This document shows, in pieces, positions 18,894-26,459 of a stretch of DNA of 64,000 nucleotides. The DNA is from an uncultured Chloroflexia bacterium. GTDB taxonomy: Bacteria; Chloroflexota; Limnocylindria; Limnocylindrales; CSP1-4. The notes beneath the pieces are model-generated. The model saw only the letters and a program-made list of their open reading frames with translations. It was not told the origin of the DNA and made no database searches. The stretch covers positions 32,001 through 96,000 of the forward strand of contig CAVXPZ010000002.1 of the NCBI GenBank assembly GCA_963763775.1. Reading direction: 5' to 3'. The stretch's first letter is position 1. The number at the start of each line of letters is the position of its first letter. The position numbers were made by a program, and so were the translations under genes.

Positions 18894-20330
18894 TCAGTCG
18901 GCTGGGGCGTCGAAGCGGCCGGCCAGGCCCGCGGCGGGCGAGCCGGGCTGCAACCGGTAGTCGTGGCCGGCCTGGTCGCGGAAGACCGGGTCGGCCACGA
19001 TGCCGTTGGCCTCCTGCCCGCTCCACTGTCGGAACGTCGCGAATTGGTCGGTCCCATCGTGTCCGTGGACGAACGCGATCTGATTCCCGAGCAGCGGGCA
19101 GACATCGGCTCGACATGGCGAGAAGACGTCGTGGTCGAGGGTGATGTCGGGCGGCAGGTCCGAGTCGATGCTGAACGCGCGTCCGCCGGCGAAGATGTTG
19201 TGGGAGACCTCCAGGCGCTCCATCGGACCACTGAACGAGTCGTTGCCCCGGAAGAGTCCGATGTCGAAGCGGTCCAGCCCGTCGAACGTGTTCCAGGAGA
19301 CCACCGCGTCGGACGCGCAACGCAGGTAGATGCCCCGTTCCTCCTCCCGGTCGCCGACATGGTCGCTGTACAGCACGTTCCGGGTGATCGAGAGGTTGTC
19401 GCAGGGCTGCCCTTCCTGGGTCCCCGTCTCGATGAGGTCGTTCGAGCCGGTGAGCACGTTCTCGCGGATGTCGAGGTCGGAGGCGCCGTAGATCTCGATG
19501 CCGACGTCGTGATTGCCCTGGATCCGGTTGCGCTCGATCGTGATCCCGCCGTGGGTGAAGTAGAGATTGATCCCTCCGCCTCCACGCCACTTGTCGACGC
19601 GCCGGTCGTTGTCGACGATGTCGTTCGCGACGATCGTGGTCCCGTCGGTCCGGCCGTGGATCTCGAGCCCGTAGCCGTTGTCGGTGACCGTGTTGCGCTC
19701 GATCCGTGCGCCGGTCGCATCGACCAGGTGGATCCCGAAGGGGTTGCCTCGGACCACGTTGCCGACGATGACCGCGCCGTCGGCGCCGCGGACCATCAGT
19801 CCACCGGAGTACGGCTCCGTGACCCCGGTGAGGGTGAGGCCCGTGACGGTGACGCCCGTCGCGCCCGTGTCGATCGTGAGGCCGCCGACCACGGACGTCT
19901 GGCCGGGCTCGCCGACGATCGTGAGTCCGGTCTGCTCCACGGTCGTCCCGTCGAAACTGCCCGGCCCCAGGCGGATCGTGGCGCCCGCCGGGGCCGTGGT
20001 CACGGCGTGCGACAGCGTGCGCCAGGGATGCGCCCGCGATCCGTCGCCCGCATCGTCGCCGGTCGTCTCCACGCGCAGGCCGACATCCGGCGCGATCGTC
20101 GGCAACGGGTCCATGTCGGAACCCACCGGGTCGGGCATCGATGCCGCCGGTGCCGTGACCTGGGGCGCGGTGCTGCTTGAGGGGGCCTCGGCCACGCTCG
20201 ACTCCGGGGTCGGCGGGACGCTGGCATCGGCCCCCCGAGACAGCCCGGGCACGCGCAACGCCGCAGCGAGGACGATGACCACGACGACCACCGTCGCGAC
20301 GGCGAGAAGCCGGAAACTGGTGCGGATCAC
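18894..20330 (-). CDS. Secreted right-handed parallel beta-helix protein (DUF1565/pectin-lyase-like)
   Basis: GDDAGDGSRAHPWRTL, repeated I.rN.i..N..GI beta-helix coils, C-terminal ADPVF...DYRLQPGSPA. Confidence 0.85.
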   Translation of the reverse strand: MIRTSFRLLAVATVVVVVIVLAAALRVPGLSRGADASVPPTPESSVAEAPSSSTAPQVTAPAASMPDPVGSDMDPLPTIAPDVGLRVETTGDDAGDGSRAHPWRTLSHAVTTAPAGATIRLGPGSFDGTTVEQTGLTIVGEPGQTSVVGGLTIDTGATGVTVTGLTLTGVTEPYSGGLMVRGADGAVIVGNVVRGNPFGIHLVDATGARIERNTVTDNGYGLEIHGRTDGTTIVANDIVDNDRRVDKWRGGGGINLYFTHGGITIERNRIQGNHDVGIEIYGASDLDIRENVLTGSNDLIETGTQEGQPCDNLSITRNVLYSDHVGDREEERGIYLRCASDAVVSWNTFDGLDRFDIGLFRGNDSFSGPMERLEVSHNIFAGGRAFSIDSDLPPDITLDHDVFSPCRADVCPLLGNQIAFVHGHDGTDQFATFRQWSGQEANGIVADPVFRDQAGHDYRLQPGSPAAGLAGRFDAPAD

Positions 20331-20501
20331 GTCGCCATCACCACGAACGGGGGGTGGGTTGTCAGGTCCGTCGACCTGGTGCGTCCCGCCAACGGGGCAT
20401 GGCCGCGTTCAGGGTCGTGCGTGCCGATAGGAGGCCGGTCCGGGTATCCTGCCACACCCGTGCGTCAGACGGCCAGAGCGCCGGCCACGGACAGGAGAAC
20501 T

Positions 20502-22268
20502 GTGCGGCAGCTCGATTCACGTGGTCGCGCCGAGGGGATCGGGTGGGTGCTTGCCGGCATCGGCCTGGCCGCCTGGCTGCTCACGTTGCGGCCGATCCAT
20601 GCCGCGGATCTCGATGATCTCGGGATCATCGGGGCCCTGCCGATGGGGACGTGGCTGGCGATCGCGCTCGTGACCGCCGCGTTCGCCTTCGCCGTCGAGC
20701 TCAGGCCGATGTCGATGCGCCTCGCCATCGCGTGCATCCTCGGCATGACCGTGATCCTGTACGGGACCCCGGCCATCGTCGAAGCGCTGCCGCGATTCAG
20801 CACGGTCTACGTCCACCTCGGCCTGATCGAGGCGATCGAACGGGCGGGCCGGCTCTTCCCCGAGCTCGATGCCCGGTTCAGCTGGCCGCTCTTCTTCACG
20901 GGCGCGGCCCTGATCTCGCAACTCGCCCAGGTGGACCTGCTGACGATCGCGCAATGGTTCCCGATGGTCACCACCATCGCCGTGCTGCCGCCGCTGTGGA
21001 TCCTGATGCGGTCGTTCGTCAACGACCGGCGGCTGTCCGTCGTCGCGCTCTGGCTGTTCGTCCTGGCCGACTGGGTCGCCCAGGACTACCTGTCGCCTCA
21101 AGGGATGAACCTGGTGCTTTACGTGTGGTTCATCGCGATCGTGGCCTGGCTCTTCAAACGGTCACCCCGGCCCAGCGCGTGGGTGGCGCGGGCGATGGAG
21201 CGCAGCCGACTCCCGCGCGCGGTCTTCGTCGACTCCGTCGACCGACCCATCGGGCCGGCCATCTCGCGCGTCGGGATGTTCGCGATCGTCGTGGCCGTCG
21301 CCTTCTTCAGTACGGCGAGCCATCAGCTGACCCCGTTCGCGATGGTCGGGGCGTCGGTCGGCCTCGTCATCGTCGGGCGGACGAGCCTGCGGTCGCTGCC
21401 GATCATGGTGGCCGTCATCGCGGCCCTGTGGATCAGCTTCGCCGGGCAGGACTACCTGCTCGGCAACCTCGCCCAGCTCCTCAAGGACGTCGGCAACCCG
21501 ACCGGGAACGCGGGGACGTCGATCGCCGGCCGGATCCGCGGCAGCGAGGGCCACCTGTTCGTCGTGGTGGAGCGGATCGCGTTCACCGCCTTCTTCTGGG
21601 CGGTCGCCGCGGTCGGCCTCTGGCGTCGCATCCGACTTGGCTTCTGGGACGTGGGGGCGATGGTCCTGGCTGTCGTGCCCTTCGCGATCATCGGGTTCCA
21701 GAGCTACGGTGGCGAGATCTTCCTTCGCGTGTTCCTGTTCTCGCTCCCGCCGATGGCGTTCCTTGCCGCTGCCGCGATCTTCCCGGTCTTCTATGCGCGG
21801 TCACGCGTCCAGACGGTCGTCCTCGTCCTGCTCAGCGTCGCCCTCGCCGTCGGGTTCGTCGTGGCTCGCTACGGCAACGAGCGCGCCGACATCGTGGAGC
21901 CGGGCGAGCTCGTCGCGACCGAGCAGGCCTACCGCCTCATCCCGCAGGACTCGCTGATCGCCACCATGAACTACAACAGCCCCATCCGCTACCGGTACGT
22001 CGAGCTGTACGACCACCTGGAGCTGCAGGGGCAGCTGGCCGATCTGACCGCCGACGGCGTCGCGAAGGAGCTCGACGCCGCCCGTAATGGCCAGCCGGCC
22101 TTCCTCTTCCTGACGCGCGGCCAACAGGCGCTCGAGGAACTCCTCGGCGGGGCGACCGGGGACTGGGAACGGCTGACGGCCGAGCTGGACGCGTCCGACC
22201 GGTTCGTCCCCGAGTTCCAGAGCGCGGATGCCGTCCTGTACCGATATGTGCCGGTGGAGGCCCCATGA
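20502..22268 (+). CDS. Polytopic GT-C-like membrane glycosyltransferase or polymerase
   Basis: More than 12 TM helices; YVHLG, FSWPLFF, WVAQDYLSPQ, SHQLTP, QSYGGEIFLRV, ARYGNE motifs, as in actinobacterial polysaccharide loci. Confidence 0.7.
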   Translation: MRQLDSRGRAEGIGWVLAGIGLAAWLLTLRPIHAADLDDLGIIGALPMGTWLAIALVTAAFAFAVELRPMSMRLAIACILGMTVILYGTPAIVEALPRFSTVYVHLGLIEAIERAGRLFPELDARFSWPLFFTGAALISQLAQVDLLTIAQWFPMVTTIAVLPPLWILMRSFVNDRRLSVVALWLFVLADWVAQDYLSPQGMNLVLYVWFIAIVAWLFKRSPRPSAWVARAMERSRLPRAVFVDSVDRPIGPAISRVGMFAIVVAVAFFSTASHQLTPFAMVGASVGLVIVGRTSLRSLPIMVAVIAALWISFAGQDYLLGNLAQLLKDVGNPTGNAGTSIAGRIRGSEGHLFVVVERIAFTAFFWAVAAVGLWRRIRLGFWDVGAMVLAVVPFAIIGFQSYGGEIFLRVFLFSLPPMAFLAAAAIFPVFYARSRVQTVVLVLLSVALAVGFVVARYGNERADIVEPGELVATEQAYRLIPQDSLIATMNYNSPIRYRYVELYDHLELQGQLADLTADGVAKELDAARNGQPAFLFLTRGQQALEELLGGATGDWERLTAELDASDRFVPEFQSADAVLYRYVPVEAP

Positions 22269-22684
22269 CGACCACGGATCGGGGCCCCGCCTCGGACGCC
22301 TCCGAAGCGACGGCGGCAGCGATCGTCGGCGCGTCGGCCGCGGTGTTGATCGTCGTCGCCCTGGACATCTCCGGGGTCGTCCGGACGGGCCTCGTCGCCG
22401 GCTACCTGCTGTTCGTCCCGGGTCTCGCCGCCATCCGCGCCGCAGGCTTCAGCGGGTCGGCCGCGGTCCTGTCGCTCTCGCTCATCCTCAGCCTCGGCGT
22501 CGACGGGACCGTGGCCATGGTGCTGTACGCGACCCAGCGATTCGAGACGATCCTCGCGCTCATCCTCGTCGTCGCGGTGACCCTCTGCCTGGTGTTCGTG
22601 GAGCGGCTGCTCGTGGCCGACCGACCCTTGACGGAACTGGACCCGACGACCGACGACTCGGGTGTTGCCCCCACGCACCGATAG
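22265..22684 (+). CDS. Small four-TM membrane protein
   Basis: YLLFVPGLA and LSLILSL hydrophobic segments; ATG overlaps the previous stop. Confidence 0.7.
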   Translation: MTTTDRGPASDASEATAAAIVGASAAVLIVVALDISGVVRTGLVAGYLLFVPGLAAIRAAGFSGSAAVLSLSLILSLGVDGTVAMVLYATQRFETILALILVVAVTLCLVFVERLLVADRPLTELDPTTDDSGVAPTHR

Positions 22685-22715
22685 TCGCGGCGCGCACCCG
22701 AATCCGACCGTCCTC

Positions 22716-22748
22716 AGGGTTGACCCGCAACCCTACTGGTACTACCGT
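22716..22748 (+). promoter_or_regulatory. Sigma70-type promoter with a palindromic operator over the -35
   Basis: TTGACC (22720-25), 17 nt, TACCGT (22743-48); inverted repeat AGGGTTG-acccg-CAACCCT at 22716-22734. Confidence 0.6.
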
Positions 22749-22832
22749 CCCCTAGTACTTATCTCCCTGGGACCAGCCTCGGATAGGCGTCCCCGGGCCC
22801 GTCCTAGCGAGCGTCTTTGTAGGGGGAATCCA

Positions 22833-23705
22833 TTGGCTCAGGCTGCCTCGATACGAGTACTCCGACCGACGGCACCGACTCGGCTCGTTCCGAAGTCGCG
22901 ACCCACGGTGTCGGTCATCATCCCGACCATGAACGAGGCGGCGAACCTTCCGCATGTGATGCCTCGGCTCCCCGACTTCGTGAACGAAGTCATCCTGGTG
23001 GACGCCCATTCCCATGACGACACGGTCGCCGTCGCGCAGTCCCTCCGGCCCGATATCCGGGTCCTGATCCAGGAAGGCCGCGGCAAGGGCGCTGCCCTCC
23101 GACAGGGGTTCGCCGCCGCGCGCGGCGACATCATCGTCAGCATCGACGCCGACGGTTCGACCATCCCCGAGGAGATCCACTCGTTCGTCGAGGCCCTCAT
23201 GGCCGGCGCGGACTACGTGAAGGGGTCGCGCTACCTCCACGGCGGCGGCTCGGCCGACCTGACCCTCCTCCGACGGGCCGGGAACCGAGGTCTCACGATG
23301 ATGGTCCGCGTCGTCCATGGCGCGCACTTCAGCGACCTCTGCTATGGCTTCAATGCCTTCTGGCGCGACGTGCTCCCGATCCTCGACCTCCAGAGCACCG
23401 GCTTCGAGATCGAGACGGAGATGAACCTCCGCGCCCACATCGCCGGCCTGCGGGTCGTCGAGGTGCCGAGCGTCGAGGCGGCGCGCATCCACGGTGAGAG
23501 CAACCTTCGGACGTTCCCGGACGGGTGGCGGGTGTTCAAGCAGATCCTGCGCGAACGCCGACGCGACGTCGCGGATGTCGCCGAGCCGATGCCCGAGCCG
23601 AGCTGGGTCGCGGTGCCGATGGCCAGGTCCGAGCAGGTCGCCGTCCCGATCGCCGTCGAGGCCATCGAGCCGGTCAACGATCAGGAACTGGCCGGCGTCA
23701 TCTAG
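22833..23705 (+). CDS. GT2 glycosyltransferase (DPM synthase-like)
   Basis: VSVIIPTMNEA, VDAHSHDDT, GKGAAL, IDADGS, KGSRY, FEIETE; TTG start after a GGGGGA SD-like site. Confidence 0.9.
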   Translation: MAQAASIRVLRPTAPTRLVPKSRPTVSVIIPTMNEAANLPHVMPRLPDFVNEVILVDAHSHDDTVAVAQSLRPDIRVLIQEGRGKGAALRQGFAAARGDIIVSIDADGSTIPEEIHSFVEALMAGADYVKGSRYLHGGGSADLTLLRRAGNRGLTMMVRVVHGAHFSDLCYGFNAFWRDVLPILDLQSTGFEIETEMNLRAHIAGLRVVEVPSVEAARIHGESNLRTFPDGWRVFKQILRERRRDVADVAEPMPEPSWVAVPMARSEQVAVPIAVEAIEPVNDQELAGVI

Positions 23706-24665
23706 GTGACGAGCGACCCGTCGATCGCGGTCGTCATCTGCGTCTACACGGAGGATCGCTGGGATCAGATCCTGGCGGCCGTGGCATCGGTCCAGTCGCA
23801 GACTCGACCTGCCGCAGAGATCGTGGTCGTCACCGACCACAATGACGTCCTGCATGACCGCCTGATCGCCGCCTACGCGGCGGAACCCGGTGTGCATGTG
23901 ACGCCGAATGTCGAACCCGCCGGCCTGTCCGGCGGACGGAACTCCGGCATCGCCGCCACGAGAAGCGAGGTCGTCGCCTTCCTTGACGACGATGCGGTCG
24001 CGTCCGAGGGCTGGCTGTCGGCCCTGGCCGCGGCCTACCAGGACCCCGGCGTGATCGCCGCAGGCGGCGAGATCGAGCCCGACTGGGCCACCCGTCGCCC
24101 CGCCTGGTGGCCGCGCTCCTTCGATTGGGTCGTCGGCTGCACGTACGAGGGGATGCCGACGTCTTCGGCGCCGGTCCGGAACGTCATCGGCGCGAACATG
24201 TCCTTCCGGCGGTCGATCCTCGACCACATCGGCGGGTTCGTGCATGGCGTCGGTCGCGCGCGCGGCCGGCCGATGGGCGGCGAGGAGACCGAACTCAGCA
24301 TCCGGGCGATCCGGCATGACCCGTCCGCGACCATCCTGTACGTCCCCGAGGCATCGGTCCGACACCACGTGCCGGCAAGCCGCGCCACGTTCCGCTACTA
24401 CGTCCTGCGCTGCTATGCGGAGGGCCTCTCCAAGGCCAAGGTCACCCGGCTCGCGGGCCGCGAGCACGGGCTGGCTTCCGAGCGGCGCCACGCCATCTTC
24501 ACCTTGCCGCGCGCGGCGCTCCGCGACATGGGCGGGGCGATCCGGCACGCCGATCCGGCCCTCGCCGGGCAGGCGTTCGCGATCGCGACCGGCTTGCTGA
24601 CCACGACGGCCGGCTACGTCGTCGGGTCGGCGCAGCTCCGAGGCGATCGCGACCCCATATCCTGA
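23706..24665 (+). CDS. GT2 glycosyltransferase
   Basis: VVICVYTEDRW, GLSGGRNSG, AFLDDD, IGANMSFRR, GGEETEL, EGLSKA. Confidence 0.92.
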   Translation: MTSDPSIAVVICVYTEDRWDQILAAVASVQSQTRPAAEIVVVTDHNDVLHDRLIAAYAAEPGVHVTPNVEPAGLSGGRNSGIAATRSEVVAFLDDDAVASEGWLSALAAAYQDPGVIAAGGEIEPDWATRRPAWWPRSFDWVVGCTYEGMPTSSAPVRNVIGANMSFRRSILDHIGGFVHGVGRARGRPMGGEETELSIRAIRHDPSATILYVPEASVRHHVPASRATFRYYVLRCYAEGLSKAKVTRLAGREHGLASERRHAIFTLPRAALRDMGGAIRHADPALAGQAFAIATGLLTTTAGYVVGSAQLRGDRDPIS

Positions 24666-24670
24666 GGTCC

Positions 24671-25750
24671 ATGCGCGCCCTGCTGGTCACGCCCCGGTAT
24701 GCCCCATCGACGGGCGGCGTGGAGACGCACGTCCGCGAACTGGCGCAGCGGCTCCCTGGCCTGGGCGTCGACGTGTCGGTGCTCACGACGGACGACTCCG
24801 GCCGGCTGGCGCCATCGGAAGCGGTGGCCGGCGTGCCGGTGGATCGGGTGCGGGCGTGGCCTCCCGACCGGGACTGGCTCGCCGCCCCCGGCCTGGTCGG
24901 TCGCATCCGGGCGGCGGATGCCGACGTCATCCACATCCACAGCTACCAGACGTTCGTCGCGCCGCTGGCGCTGGCGGCCGCGGTGACCTCCGGTCGGCCC
25001 ACGGTGCTCACGTTCCACAGCGGCGGATCGTCGGTCGGGCTCAGGAACGCCGTTCGCCCCATCCAGACCATCGCGCTGTCGCCGCTGCTGCGACGCATGG
25101 ATGCGCTGGTAGCCGTCTCGCGGTTCGAGGCCCGACTCTTCGCCGGCCGGCTGCGGATCCCGACGGCCCGCATCCGCGTCGTCCCGAACGGCTCCGACCT
25201 TCCCGCCCCGTCGCCGGATGTCCGGGTCGAGCCCGGCCGGATCGTGTCGGTGGGGCGACTGGAGCGATACAAGGGCCATGAACGGGCGGTCGAGGCCTTC
25301 GCCATCATCGCCGCGCGGGACCCCGCGGCGCACCTGCTCATCCTCGGGGCAGGACCGGGGCGCGACGCCATCGACGACACCGCGCGCCAGCTTGGCGTCG
25401 CGGACCGCGTCGAGATCCGGTCCATCCCGGGCACCGACCGGCAAGCCTATGTCGACCTGCTGGCCTCGGCGGCCGTCGTCGCGGTCCTGAGCGGATACGA
25501 GTCGCACGGCATCGCCGCGTGGGAGGCGGCGGGTCTGGGCCGCCCGCTCGTGGTCACGGAGGCGACGGCACTCGCGGAGCTCGTCGAGATCGGGGCCGCC
25601 GTGGGCGTCGCGCCGGACGCCGATGCGAGCCTGGTGGCGTCGGCGATCGACGAGGCGATGCGCGCCGGCGTGCGCCGGCGGCCGGACCCGCCGACCTGGG
25701 ACGACACCGCGCGGGCAGTGGCGGCGATCTACGCCTCACTCATCCCGTAG
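24671..25750 (+). CDS. GT4 glycosyltransferase
   Basis: GGVETHV, VVPNG, VGRLERYKG, YESHGIAAWEA (E-x7-E). Confidence 0.92.
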   Translation: MRALLVTPRYAPSTGGVETHVRELAQRLPGLGVDVSVLTTDDSGRLAPSEAVAGVPVDRVRAWPPDRDWLAAPGLVGRIRAADADVIHIHSYQTFVAPLALAAAVTSGRPTVLTFHSGGSSVGLRNAVRPIQTIALSPLLRRMDALVAVSRFEARLFAGRLRIPTARIRVVPNGSDLPAPSPDVRVEPGRIVSVGRLERYKGHERAVEAFAIIAARDPAAHLLILGAGPGRDAIDDTARQLGVADRVEIRSIPGTDRQAYVDLLASAAVVAVLSGYESHGIAAWEAAGLGRPLVVTEATALAELVEIGAAVGVAPDADASLVASAIDEAMRAGVRRRPDPPTWDDTARAVAAIYASLIP

Positions 25751-26459
25751 CGAGCTGGGTGCCCGACGTGTCGCAGTCGTCCGCGTGGACCGACGGGCCG
25801 AGCGTCCCCTCGACCCGCCCGTAGGCGTCGCTGTCCCGGATGCGCACGACGCGGTCGGTGTGCGGCGCCAGCGCCGCAGCCACGGCGCGGCGGTTGATCC
25901 GATCCCACCGTCCGGCGGCGATGTCGTCTGGGACATCCGGTCCTGTTCGCCGCCAGTAGTAGCCGGACACGTCCCACAACTCCTGCAACAGGTCGACGCC
26001 GTGCCGGAGATACGCTCGAGGACGGATGACCCGGTGGATGCCTTCGTGCTGGAGCGACTCCCGAGCCCGGGAGCGACGCACGCGGTGGAGGATCCGCGTC
26101 GTGACCGTCACGAGTCCCGGGTGGTCGAGCCAGACGATCGTCTCCGCTCGCTCAAGGAGTGGGTCGGTCCAGTCGAGGAAGGCGCCCTCCGCGATCCATC
26201 GCGGCCCCTCGGCCATCTGCTCCACGATCCGGCGGCGGTCGGCGAGGGGCCGCGGCTCGAAGGCGGTCGTAGGACGATCGTCGACCGGGGCATGCAGGGC
26301 GCCCGGGTCGGCGTCGCCGCCGACAGCCGCGACGCTGTCGAGATGGAAGACCGGAAGGCCCAGGCGGTCCGAGAGCCGTAGAGCGAGTGTGGTCTTCCCG
26401 GTCGCCGACGATCCGATGATCATGACCCGACAGGGACGGTTCGACCGCTCAGCGCTCAT
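25740..26459 (-). CDS. P-loop kinase (FlaR/topology modulation, adenylate kinase-like)
   Basis: IIGSSATGKTT Walker A, FHLD, WIAEG, IVWLD. Confidence 0.8.
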   Translation of the reverse strand: MSAERSNRPCRVMIIGSSATGKTTLALRLSDRLGLPVFHLDSVAAVGGDADPGALHAPVDDRPTTAFEPRPLADRRRIVEQMAEGPRWIAEGAFLDWTDPLLERAETIVWLDHPGLVTVTTRILHRVRRSRARESLQHEGIHRVIRPRAYLRHGVDLLQELWDVSGYYWRRTGPDVPDDIAAGRWDRINRRAVAAALAPHTDRVVRIRDSDAYGRVEGTLGPSVHADDCDTSGTQLATG

